In this document: one piece after another, positions 1 to 12,544 of the stretch
How the letters are laid out: each line of letters opens with the position of its first letter
How positions within the stretch are numbered: the stretch's first letter is position 1
DNA from: Cetorhinus maximus
Taxonomy: Eukaryota
Length of the DNA: 64,000 nucleotides
Direction of reading: 5' to 3'
NCBI RefSeq assembly: GCF_964194155.1
Contig: NC_135882.1
Location: 4,340,001 to 4,404,000, forward strand
Position numbers and translations under genes: made by a program
Notes under the pieces: generated by a model
Told to the model about the DNA's origin: nothing
The model's database searches: none
What the model saw: only the letters and a program-made list of their open reading frames with translations

Positions 1-1597
1 CAATTCTTGTACAAATACACAGGGTAGGAGAGTTCCAAAAGGTGCCATCACAAGGCTGTACATAAAATATTGTATAAACAAAACTATTTACAATAATCCA
101 AAAACTTAGGTGCAACTACACAACTGCTGTGAATTCCCTTCACTATGTATATGTCTCCACAATTAAAATCAGGTTATTAAAAACTGGAATGCCAATATAG
201 TGTGTGTGTGTAAATGACTAACCCACCCCATTTCACAGGCAGTGTTTCGTTTGGAACGTACTTTATCACTAGATGATTGACTGGAAGGTTTTTCCAGAGT
301 CCCACAGACCTACATTTTAGAGAAGCAGATGCAGAGATTTCCAATGTCTGTGACGTTAGGGAGGACAACCCTGAAGAGAATAAATCCAATACCTATTAGA
401 TTGAAACACAGCTGATTTAATGATGGATTAGAAAGGGTTCACTTGTTTTTTTTAAAAAAAGTTACTCCCCATTAAATTTAACACAAACATGGACAATTAC
501 TGTAAGTGACTGAAGTTCCGATTACAGATCATTATCTATTCAGATTCAATCAGCACTGACCCATCCCTCCTACTGGTCATCATAAATGTGTGTCTGAAGC
601 CTTAAAATGTCAATCTGCAGGTATCTGTAGATCATACCCTTCCACGCCAGGAAAGGGGTGGGAGGCATTTCAAACCTTACACTGCAACACATAAGCAGCA
701 AGTAATTCACATTTAAAAAAAAGTCACAGCTACACTGACAAGTCTTTCCAACAAATTACATCTTATTGGCCTGCAAGACACAACACAACTTTGCTTCATA
801 TATTTCCAGTCACTACAGTACATGGCCTACCCCATCGAACTGACAGAACAAGCAGATGCAAACATACACAGACAAAGAGACAGGCTAGCCTGAGTGCAGT
901 GCTTTCTCCATTAAGGGATAGCATGGTGTTATGAGCACTGGCAGAGTTACTTACCACCATCTCTGTCCATTTATAGCACCTTAAAATTCCTGCTCAAGTT
1001 TGCCTTATCCTGAGTTTAAGTCAATGTGGACTAACCGGTACTGATGTGAGCTCACTGCAAATAGGTTAAGACTCTCCATTGTGGCTGTTCTGCAGAATAG
1101 CCGTTCATCAGCCTTGGAATATGGAAATACTTACACAGGAACGGCAATATTTCTGTTATTGCTTTGGTTCTTTTCTGTCAGATGCACTGGAGTATGCCAT
1201 TTAACCTGTGTTCTTTGATCAGATGGTTTAAAACAATATAGATTTGTTGCATTCTCCCATAAGTGCTACATTTAGAGCTACAAAGTGCTCCATTTACTTA
1301 AACTGCATTTAGCTCCATTAACAAAGCATAACAAATGGGTTGATGTTAAACTCAAGTTAATACAGATATTAAAATTCTGCCCAGCTCATGTTTTGCTTGT
1401 TGGGAAATTAAAAGTAATAGCAAGCAGCATGCACAAAGACCATGCATTGTCAAGATTTTGAACAAACAAATGCAAAACAGCAATAAATAACTCTCAAAAG
1501 TCCATTTAAAAGCTCAAGACTGAAAAAAGATATTTCACTGTGCTAAGTAAGTCACAAACTTTAACCAGCAAGGACAGTCAGATTAGGCTGAAACTAT
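1..1597 (-). other. SNRK: SNRK 3' UTR (probably continues beyond the window start)
   Basis: AT-rich, repeat-free sequence downstream of the stop codon. I saw no AATAAA on the minus strand. Pumilio element TGTAAATA at 85-92 and several miRNA seed matches. Confidence 0.75.
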
Positions 1598-2786
1598 TTA
1601 AATAACTTGACAGCAGCTAGTCTGACTGGAGGTACACAGCAACCCATCCTTGGGGTTCCGCTGAATATTCACAGAAATTGTTTTCTCGCAGAGAGGTAGC
1701 TGTAGAACATTATTCTTCAAGTTCATGTTGTTCTCTTTTGACATTTCAAGCTCATTCAGCAGGTCAGCCACCTGGTCAGAATAGGACTTCCTGCAGCAGG
1801 AGGTAGCGGATCGTTCCATTATATTGCTGGAGGCAATGCACATTTTCCAGGCTGATTTCTCATGTATTCGAATCGCTGAAGTTGGCTCAATGATGTATCT
1901 GCTACCATTGCCACCATGCAGTTGCGAACCCAGGCAGAGACTCATCAACTTCAGGCTCTCCATCAAATCCTCCGCAGCTTTGGACGACGGTGAAGTATTT
2001 CCCTGGGTTGTACAGCTGCGAGTTGTTGTTCCCGTGTTGTTGGTGCTCCCGCCGGAGTCATTTGAAGGGCTGCTCCCACCTTTGTTACCATCACTTGGGC
2101 TGCTCTTGTCAAGGCCAGCGTTACCATCACTCGGTTTACCCTGCCCACTTCCATCTCCTCCACTTCCCGGAGGCCCCTCGCCACTGTCACGACGATGCCA
2201 GGAGTAAGTGAATCCTCCATCTTTGTCAAGAAGTCTACGGCTTTCTGAATCATCATCGCTGGTTTCTGAGCTGCTGCAACTTGAGCCTCGCCCTTGACTT
2301 TTCCGCTTGTGGTACCGTTTGTGCACCGTGCTTGGAGAAGCTATGTTCATCTTTAGTCGACTGAGTTTGGGGGGCAGGTTTTCATCCATGTCAAAGTCAT
2401 CATCTGACTCCCCCTCCTCAAAGATCTGATTGAGGACAGGAGCACTCTTCCTGGTCGTAAGCCGGTTTGTTATAGAAGGCTTACGTCGCAAAACTACTTG
2501 AGTGGGAAGAGGAGCTGCTTTTTTGTCATCCTCATCATCCTCGTCATCCTCCTCCACCCTGAACAGACACGTCCTATTGCTTGCACCAGTCTTTCCAGCT
2601 GACCCAACGGTTGATGTCTCTTCTTTTTTTGCAGACTCACCAGATTTCATTCGGTGCCCATTAATAATGGACTCTGCAGTGCGGGCTGGTGAACAGACAA
2701 CAGGAATAGACACAGGATGGATGATGGGTGACGTTGTGATGTCTTCAATATCCTTGGGCACATCAATTTTTGTAGGCCAGGACTGC
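1598..2786 (-). CDS. SNRK: SNRK last coding exon (regulatory tail with acidic tract, basic KRYHKRK cluster and Ser/Gly-rich region; ends CCQVI*)
   Basis: ORF 1598-2800. A polypyrimidine tract precedes the acceptor tctag| at 2787-2788. Contains QSWPTKIDVP and APVLNQIFEEGESDDDFDMDENLPPKLSRLKMNIASP, which match SNRK. TAA at 1598-1600. Confidence 0.97.
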
Positions 2787-4780
2787 CTAGATTTGAACAA
2801 AAAAAAAAGGGAGAGAAAGAGAAAACAAAAAGCTTTAATTCGCCCATTTTGTTCATTTCCTTCCAGACTTTAGTATTGAAGTTAAATGTAGATTTACATT
2901 TCAGCAAGTTAATGATACACAGGATGGTCATGTTTAACATTAGACATTCAGGCTAATTATACTTCCTTACAGTCTTAACAAGTCCCTCAACATCACAGTA
3001 AGTTTATGATAAGAAATAATACTTTCCAAACAGTGGAGAGAACAAAACCAGTAAATACACTACACTAAACGAACAGTACTCGCTACTCCTGAATTTCAAG
3101 GGAGAGTCAATACAGACACTTCAATTCCTGCAGATGTACATCTCCTATAACAAAGCTGAGATAGTGGCTCCCTACAACTGCTCTTCTCAGAAAGTTATCA
3201 AGTGTTTCATGCTCAGGCAGGTCCTGTAGGGCAATGGATCAAAATCTGTTTACTTCCTGCACCTGAGCATATAAAATGTTTGGCACTTCACCTAATAACA
3301 ATTTCCTTTTGGTGGTGGCATTGGATGCTGAATGGTGGGTGTGACTAACTTACCCAATGATGAGAAAATCATTTAAGTCTTAACTCGATCTGTTGTGGTG
3401 ATAATACCCGACAGATGAAGCTGGTCAAACACTGATTGGAATTCTGGACATAATTATAGTAAACTGGCTGTTGCTCCAACTAGGTGACCAGTATGCAGGT
3501 CACTTCATGAGCTGGTACAAGGTAGTGCATTCTTGAATTGGGGTTTTCACGAATGATGAGTAGCAAACCCACCGGAGAAAAGATAGGCATGCTTCTGAGA
3601 AACAAGATCATCTTTCAGCACAAAGTACATGCCTCAGCCGAGCTGTCTTGCACTGCAGAAACTGAGGCCATGGTAATATGTTGAATTAAGAGAGAATCTC
3701 ATTAACTTTTGCAAACCTTATAGAACTATGTTAAGTTCTGCAACAAACCTGCACTTGGAAAATATCACCTCACTCAAACAGCAGTCAGAAATCCTTATTT
3801 ATGTGAAAAGTGAGCTGGTGAGAAGCTGGACAGGCAGAACTTCATATCATCTAGGCTAAAATTGACCAATATGATTATCTGCCTGGTAAGGTCCTGCACA
3901 TTATATGAGCATAGCCTAACTGTACAGGCTTGAGGGGATTATATCACAATCTGGGTGGGGGCGAAAAAGACTCTCAGCAAAGACTCATCAGGCTCTTGCT
4001 TAGTCTGAGGTAATACCACACCCTCTGATTTTAGAGGTTTTCTACAGATTTAACATTACCCATTAGCTTTTATATTCCAAACCTCGTGATAAAATCTAGA
4101 ATTCCATCAGCTTTCCCTCTTAGATAACGTTACTGACCAGAGGTGCTGTCATAAATGTCCCACCAACCTGTAACCACAAATCCCTCTGCTCTCCATAGAA
4201 TGCTCAATTTCTGATTTTCTTTTCTATTTCTTTATTTTACTCTAACAAGACCACCATCATTTGCATATACTAGTTCCTATCCCCATGACCATGGAATATA
4301 AAATGGACGGTGAAATCTCTGATGCAGTCTGTCCTCCAGAAGACAGTTTCAACTCTGGCCAGCATATTGAAACTTCGGGAAACCCTTAGACATAATGCAA
4401 GTCTCTGACATCAAGGTTTTAGCACTATGTATTTCCAGTGTTTCTTTGCCACCAATTGGCACCGCTGGTTTTAGCCATGGAATGACTAATTAACAAATGA
4501 CTAGATTTATTGCATTACCAACTCCACTAACTTGTTCTGCACAATTCAAGAAACACATGCTTTGCTATCCATTACATTATGTTTTGCCCACCCAGTATGC
4601 GTCACATTTTAATGCTCACAAGGACCAGCATCTGTTTTAGAGGCCTGCTAATGTGACTCTGGGGAAATACCCAGACTCCACACCACCCTACTGTGGTTGA
4701 GTGCAAACTTCCCCACAAGAAACATAGCTGAAGCGCCTGGGAGACATAAACCAACCTGAATACCTGATGTCCAAACTCCA

Positions 4781-6708
4781 ATTTGAATTGAAAACGTATT
4801 AGGCCCATTCTTCCTGCCTTACTGAGTGCAACAACAACACCTGTCCTATGCCCCACAGTTCCCCCACCCACCAAAACCCATCAGTAATACCATCCAACGG
4901 GCCAATAAGGACAATGATCCCCTACTAAAATGGAAAGTTACAGGCAGGACTTCCTTGTACCTTAAACCCAAAGACCAAAAGCAAAACCCTTTTAAGAAAG
5001 AAAATTGTACTTTTGTATTTTTTTTAAAACATCCTTGGAGCACCCTAAATAAAGCCCTTCACTGCCACAGAACATTCTACTCAGTCTTTGCGCAAGTTCT
5101 TTGATCAAGAACTCCAAAATTAATGAATTTTTTCACAAGATCCCAATGACAGCAGATGACATAAAAGACCAGTTCATTAGTTTTGGTGACATTGATCGAG
5201 AAATAGAAGTTGGCCAGGAATCTGGAAGGATCGCCCTGCTCCTCATGACATATTTTACTTTCCCATGAATAAGGTAGGCAGTTTAATGTCTCAACTGAAA
5301 GACAGAGCCCCTTGCACTCCCTCAGTATTGCACTGAAATGTCAGCTTAGATTATATAAAAAGTCCTGTGGTGGGGTTTGAACTCACTTAGGGGACAAGAG
5401 AGGCACCCCTGAGCCAAACTGGTACTTCATCACATATTGTATCCAGTCCACACACAGCCATGCCAAGAAATCTTAATATATTCCTCCCTCAAGCACTCTA
5501 CAATCAAAATGCATAGATCTAGCTCTAAGTAGCCTTTAAAATAAAACACTTTGTTAAAGCAAGGGGTTTAAGAGTTATACCCTAGTTATTTCTGCAAATC
5601 GTTTAATCTCAGATACCTGTATTTGCAGGGAAGTGGATTAGCAGAGCAGGTCACTCAAAACTCTAAAAGCAGGGAGATAACTCAAGGAGAAAAGGATTCC
5701 TCGGGTGAAAACTGATTACTCAAACTTTCCTTCCCTGTGAATCCAGTGACCCTACAGTAGAAAAGAATCTTTAGTTCTTACAAAAAAGCTGCTTACACTA
5801 AACTAAGCCTGGAAATATGAAAAGGCTATTGCAAACACCTTTGTGCATCTAGAATTAAACGTACTCCATCTGATCAATCCCAGATTTTGTGACGACTATT
5901 TTAGGACAGGCTACCAAAAATATTTTGTGGACAGCCAGAGAAGGCAGTTTCACCAGGACTGCCAACACCCTCAAAGGGATTCATTATACACTGTGGGGCA
6001 GTGTGAGGGTATTTACTCAACAAAGATTAACATTATATAAGGCAAAATCCAAACAAAAGAAAAATATGTAGAATACTTTGCTCATCACAAACACATTTCT
6101 ATTAAATAGCTTCAATAAAACATACCAAATGTAACCTGGTGCAGAATTTGGATAACTGATTATCACAATAATGCAGAAGTTTGTATGTGTGCGTGCTGGA
6201 TTTCACATCAGCTTTTTGCAGCATTGATGACAAACTAAGTATAAAATTGGCTCCTGTAACCAGCAGGAATCCAGCAACACAAGCAGTGCATGTTTATGTT
6301 AGAGGCAAAGATTAAGAAATTTCTGTTTGAAAGTGTGTGTCTGTACTTCTAGAACTTCCATGTTAATCATCAGTCTGTTTGTCCTTACCTGAACTGAGCT
6401 TTGATATGGCTCGGACTGGGAGATCGGTTCCTGACTTCTTTTTCCTGTTTTTCCTTCAGGATCCTCTCAGCCAGCAAAAAGTAAGTGGCAGTGATGTGAT
6501 TGTACTTGTTACTTTCCAGGGCCCTTAGAAAATAAAGCAAGCAGCAAAAGCACCCTTTAGTAGCTATTTAGAAAACGACATGTTTATAATATAAACCACA
6601 GAATACTGATGGGTTTTGGTGGGTGGGGGAACTGTGGGGCATAGGACAGGTGTGTTGTTGCACTCAGTAAGGCAGGAAGAATGGGCCTAATATGTCTTCA
6701 ATTCAAAT
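4781..6708. repeat. Long inverted repeat (arms 4781-4886 and 6604-6708) flanking the SNRK exon at 6389-6523
   Basis: The reverse complement of 6604-6708 matches 4781-4886 with 2 substitutions and one 1-nt indel. Confidence 0.95.
6389..6523 (-). CDS. SNRK: SNRK coding exon 4 (UBA C-terminal part, [45 protein letters not shown]), 135 nt, phase 2-2
   Basis: Translated by hand because it is not in the ORF track. Acceptor ttctaag| at 6524-6525 and donor CAG|GTAAGG at 6388. The [11 protein letters not shown] motif is typical of AMPK-related kinase UBA domains. Confidence 0.95.
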
Positions 6709-7582
6709 ACTGTGTGCACCCTTTGTGACAAATAAATTTGAAACTGGTTAAAAAGCTGCCACTTGTTTGGAATTCCCTGCAACAAGCAATAATTATGGCA
6801 CATTAATTCTATAGATGCTATGCTGATAACTGCCTATTTATAGAAATGTTATCCTATTTGCACAAAGAGTAGCACAAGTTCCCAAGTAATCCATCATATA
6901 AAGTGCTATTTTGCTTAAATTGAATATCACTGTATCTTGAATTCATGGTTATATTCAAACCCGAGAAACTGTGACCAAAATTATAGCAGATTTTGCACTA
7001 ACATAATGCTATACATGAACAAAACCTTTCTCTCCGCAAGCTTTTAAATGTGGAGAAAGTTTTTATTGCAACTTGTGTCAGCTTCATCAGGGAATAGGTG
7101 TTCCTTAGATGAGTAAATCTCCCACCGAGTTCCAAACACTAAGTCAGATGACAAGATTGTTATTCCATGTCCTGCAAAATGAGTTATTCCACCCAGGTGA
7201 CGGTATCCTTAAGGCCACAACGCCCAGCTGTTGTCCATTAAACAGAACCTAAGGTTAATCAGAGTTTAATCACGGTTCTCATTGAAAAAGATGGAAAATT
7301 TCTATCTCAGGCTGGAGGTCAGAAGTGCCCAACATTAAGTCGGGGGCTCCTTTCTCTTTTCTAAAGATTTCTCTCCAGTTGTAACAAAGCGATAGAGAAA
7401 ATGTGGAATAAATGTAATGTTTTTATACAGCGTATATTTGTCCATATTATTTATTTTCTAGACATCACATTTTGTATAATAGTCCTAAAAGGCAACTTCT
7501 AGGCTACATCCCGAACCCAACAAGCACATTAACTTGTGAAGATTCCTGATGAAATAATTAAGTTGAGTAATTTTAATCTTCA

Positions 7583-9985
7583 CAAGAACATAACAATTAG
7601 GAGGAGTAGGCCATTTGGTTCCTCAAGTCTGCTCCGCTATTCAATAAGATCATGACTGATCTAATTCTGGCCACAACTCCTCTTTACTGCCTGCCCCCCC
7701 ATAACCCTTAATTCCCTTGTTGATCTAAAATCTAACTCAGCCTTGAGCATATTCAATTAGCCAGCCTCCAATGCTCTCTGGGGAAGAGAATTCCACAGAC
7801 TAATGATCCTCAGGGAAAAATATAGTCTTAAGTGGCAAACTCCTAATTTTTAAACTGTGCCCCCTAGTTCTGGACACCCCCAAAGGGGAAACATTCTTTC
7901 ATCATCCACCCTGTTAAATCCTCGCCAGGTATTACGCGTTCCAATAAGATGACCTCCGAGTCTTCTAAACTCTAATGGGAATTAGCCCAACCTGTCCAAC
8001 CTTTCCTCATAAGCTGACCCTTTTATCCCAGGAGTCAGTTGAGTGAACTGTCTCCGAACTGTTTCCAATGCAATTATGTCCTTTAAGCAGATGAAAACAG
8101 TACAGGGTACTCCAGATGCAGTCTCACTAAGGCCCTATACTACTGTAGCAAATCATCCCTACTTTTATACTCAATTTCCCTTGCAAAAAACAACAACATT
8201 CCATTTGCCTTCCTAATCACTTGCTGTACTTGTATACTGCATTTTTGTGAATCATGTACCAGGACACCAAGGTCCCTCTGTGCCACACATTTCTGTAGAG
8301 TTTCTCCATTTAAATAACATACTGCTTTTCTATTCTTCCTGCCAAAGTGGACAAGTTGACATTTTCTCACATTATAATCCATCTGCCAGATTGTTGCCCA
8401 TTCACAATCTAAAGTCCCTTTGTAAACTCTTTGTCCTCTTGACAACTTACTTTCCTATCTATCTTTATGTCATCAGCAAACTTAGCTACAATAAATTTGG
8501 TCCCTTCATCCAAGTAATTGATACAGATTGTAAATAGTTGAGGCCCCAGCACTGATCCATGTGGCACCCCACTAGTTACAGCTTGCCAATCTGAAAATGA
8601 CTCATTTATCCCTACTCTGCTTCCTGTTAGTCATCCAATCCTCTATGGAGGTGTCAGCTGTGGCTCAGTTCATAGCACCCTCGCCTTTGAATCAGAGGGT
8701 TGTGGGTTCATGTCCCACTCCCGGAAACCAAGAACTGTGATTGTACTCGAAAGAGTTGCAATCTGTGACTGTTGATAACTCGAAAAGAGTATCCAATCCT
8801 CCATCCATGCTAATATGTTATCCCCTACACCATAAGCTCTTATTCTGTGAAGTAACCTTTGATGTGGCACCTTATTGAATGTCTTTTGGAAATCCAAGTA
8901 CATCACATCAACAGGTTTCCCTTTATGCACGTTGCTCATTTCTTCCTCAAATAACTCTAATAAATTAGTCAAACGATTTCCCTTTAACAAAACCATATTG
9001 ACTCTGCCTGGTCTTATTATGATTTTCTAAATGTCCTTCTATTTTCTCTTTAATAATGGATTCTAGCATTTTCCCTATGCAGATGTTAGGCTAACTGGCC
9101 CTCTTAGTTTCCTGCTTTCTGTCTCCCTCCTTTCTTGAATAGAGGTGTCACATCTGCAATTTCCTAATCTGCTGGGACATTTCCAGAATCTAGGGAACTT
9201 TGGAAAAATCACATTTAATGCATCTAGCTCTGCAGCCACTTCTTTTCAGACCCAAGGATGAAAGCCATCAGGTCCAATGGATTTGTCAGACTTTAGTTTT
9301 TATAGTTTTCCCAGTACCTTTTCCCTAGTGATTGTAATTATTTTAAGTTCCTCCCTCCCTTCTACCTCTCGATTTTTAACTATTCTTGGGGTTTTTTTGT
9401 GCCTTCTACAGTGAAGAACACAAAATACCTGTTCAGTGCTTCAGCAATCTCCTTGTTTTCCATTATCAATTTCACAATCTCACCTGCTAAGGGACAAATT
9501 CTTACTTTAGTTACTCTTTTCCTTTTTAAATACTTGCAGAAAGTCTTACTACCTGTTTTAATATTGCTAGTTTCCATATACTCTAATTTCTCCCTTTTTT
9601 TTGGTCATTCTTTGCTGGTTTCTGAAAATCTGTCCAATCTTCTGACCTACCACTAATTTTCCGAGTATTGTACATTTTTTCTTTCCATTTAATACTATCC
9701 TTAACTTCCTTTAGGAGCCACGGATGGTGCATCCTTTTCATATGTCTCTTTCTTTCTTTGCTGAGAGTTATGAAATATCTCCTTAAATGTCTGCCACTGC
9801 TCCTCAACTGTCCCTATCTTTTAACCTATTTTCCCAGTTCACTTTAGTCAACTCTTTTTCATACCCTTGTAATTGCCTTTATTCAAGTTTAAGACACTAG
9901 TCTTAGGTTTACACTCATCGTTGTCAAACTGAATGTGACTCTTATGTTATGATCACTGTTGTCTAGAATCTCCTTTACTATGACT
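7583..9985 (-). mobile_element. CR1-clade LINE, 5'-truncated, with decayed ORF2 (RT) and 3' end
   Basis: Fragments LTNLLELFEE...VDVMYLDFQKTFNKVPHQRLL and WQMDYNVRKCQLVHFGRKN...QRDLGVLVH are CR1 RT motifs. The CR1 3' tail is at about 7585-7700. Confidence 0.92.
8647..8790 (+). mobile_element. Short tRNA-head SINE-like insertion within the CR1, with a 14-bp target-site duplication
   Basis: A-box-like tggctcagtt and B-box-like ggttcatgtccc. Flanked by atccaatcctctat (8633-8646) and atccaatcctccat (8791-8804). Confidence 0.75.
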
Positions 9986-10775
9986 TCTGCCTTCAAGGGA
10001 CAGCTTCACCATAGCAGCATAATGCTATATAGTAATATGTAGTATGTCATCTACTGTTATTAAACTACTAAGAACTCCCACATTATCATGTCATGAGAGA
10101 AATGTTAAACGTGCCATTATGTGTCATTATTTATTTTCTTGCAACCGTTACATTTGAAATAAAACCAACTCTTACTTCTGGGTAAGTGGGACAGCAAACA
10201 GATACCTCTACAAACTAATTAGCCCTCCTCATCTCAGTCATGAATAAGCTGACTTATTAATTCAGTTTTTCAGAAATATGCAGTGAACTGACAGCCAGTA
10301 AAGGATATTCAATGGAAGCCAACAACTTTATAAATTGTATTTCTGAAATTTGATTACAATTGTAGAAAGTTGGTGAAGTTTCCCTGTCCACTCATTATAT
10401 TTTTGTGACTCTATACTCCACTCTAGTTCCATTTTCTCATGTCTATTCAGTTGTGAATACTGGTAAATAAAGTTCATAATGGCATAACTTTTAATTTGCC
10501 CTCCCACAATTTCACATGTACGTCAACGAATATTTAACTGCATTTTCGCTGCGACTGCATCTCAACAGCTTTTAATCTAGGTCTTATTAAACAGGTTATT
10601 TTCAGAAATACGCAACTCAGAAACTGAAGTTGGGTGATACAAGTGTTAAACCCATCAATGCCAGAAATTAGACAGTGCAAGTATTGTAGACAACGTGTCT
10701 ATGATACCCTCCAGAAAACAAAGCCGGCATTGATACAGGCTTGTGTTTTGTCCACTAGGCTTTCTCTACACTTAC

Positions 10776-10988
10776 TCAATAATGGTTTCACGGTCTGCTA
10801 TTTCACCAAGCACCATGCGCTGGATAATGCCATTGTGCTCCTCCTCAGAGAGGTTCTTGTAAGAAACAAGAGGGATGTTGCACTTAGTTGCAGGTGAGGG
10901 GTCGATTCCTAGTAGCCAGGGGTGGTCCTCAATCTCTTCCAACGAGGCTCTTCGCTTCGGATCCCTCTGCAGCATCCGATTAATAAGA
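10776..10988 (-). CDS. SNRK: SNRK coding exon 3 (end of kinase domain, start of UBA domain), 213 nt
   Basis: Encodes [25 protein letters not shown]...RETIIE. Acceptor ccaacag| at 10989-10990 and donor GA|GTAAGT at 10775. Confidence 0.97.
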
Positions 10989-12349
10989 CTGTTGGGATAG
11001 TCATAAAATGAAACAGTTCAGAAATGTTGCCTTCTATGACTTATGAGAAAATGGAAATACCCAAACATTGAACAGCACTGTAGATGGACCTGAAAATGGA
11101 ACTAAATGTGAGGAATGCTCAGGAAAACCCCATTTGTGGAATTAACACAGAAGATAGGCCAAGCCTGGGCAGTAAAATTAAACTCAATAAAGCAGTGGAA
11201 GAAAAAAGTAACATTGAGTAGAAGAACACAGTTTAATAAGTCTAGCACTTATTAAATGGCAAACTTGATACGCTGCTGTTGTGAAGATTAACACAAGAAT
11301 GTCACTGAACAGAAAATACTAAATTTTCAGACAGATTAAAAATGGGATTTTTCAACAGAACAAAAAGATTCTGACAAGGACAGGACATCAGAAAATGCAT
11401 TACTGCCTGTCATTTTTGGGATTAGAGGAAATATTTCATGTATATGAAAAGGCAGCTTTTCAAAATACATTAATGGGAAGAGACTCCTGAAAGTGCGACA
11501 ACAAGGCAGTGTTGGAACTTTCTCATTTCCTGTTATTATTATAGAAAGCAGATGAAAAACTAGCATAATAAAACACATTGGTGCAATCAAAAGATCTTTC
11601 ATGCGTCAATTTAGCAACTATTTAATATTAACAGCAAGGTGACAGGCATATTGAAAAATTAAAATAATTCCTATTTACTCATTTACCAATTTAAACCTTG
11701 AACATTTTGCTTAGCCCTTTTCTTTAAATTAAAGCCTTAATAACTTATTTAAAATGTCTGTTTTCCTTTCTAGTTGCTCCTCTCCTAACATGGATGGCTG
11801 GCTACTTGCATTGATGTTCAAATTTTACACTCACCATTGACAAACACTACACTTGAGCTGAATCATTTTATTTCAAGTTTCTCTCGCTAGTGTTGGGAAT
11901 CAAGCAAAAAAAAAAAAGGGGGAACTGCAAGGAAGGGCAAGAGCAGTGATTTGTGTGTACTGAATGTGGGCATCATCTCCCACATCCTCATTCCAGACAT
12001 CTTCAAATAAGCCACCAGCCTAGATTCAGAACAGCTGCCCACTTTGGAGATTCTACATAAAATGGATAAATTTGTCCAAACTGTGTGAATCCAAGGTCCT
12101 TTATACAAGGAGGGCATAAGGTTTAACGGATATCATGAATCATGTCTAGTTGGCATCACACAGTCTTATTTTGCCATAAATGATCATCTTGGAACTTCTA
12201 TGCAGCTTATACATACTTTATATATAAAGTACAGCTTTTAAAATACAGAATCTTGTTAAATACATTTATATCACTTAGAAATATTAAAGATTATACAGAA
12301 ACAGCCAGCATGTAAACACCAAGTTGATAGGAATGTTGTTTCTACTTAC

Positions 12350-12491
12350 TCCTTGCATTCTTTGGAGACACGGGATGGCACTGTATATTTGCAGTCCATG
12401 ATCATGGTCAGCGTCTCACTATCATTTGCCTCTTGAAATGGAGGTTGGCCACATACCAACATGAAAAGTATAACTCCCAGGCTCCAGATAT
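12350..12491 (-). CDS. SNRK: SNRK coding exon 2 (kinase C-lobe, [19 protein letters not shown]...KECK), 142 nt
   Basis: Acceptor ttttttcag| at 12492-12493 and donor GA|GTAAGT at 12349. Frame is continuous with both neighbouring exons. Confidence 0.97.
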
Positions 12492-12544
12492 CTGAAAAAA
12501 GAATGCAGGGGATGGAATCCCTTAAAACAGAATAATACAATGGT

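Noticed and set aside
1824-2873. Plus-strand ORFs overlapping the last SNRK exon
   Set aside because: Antisense shadows of the real coding frame.
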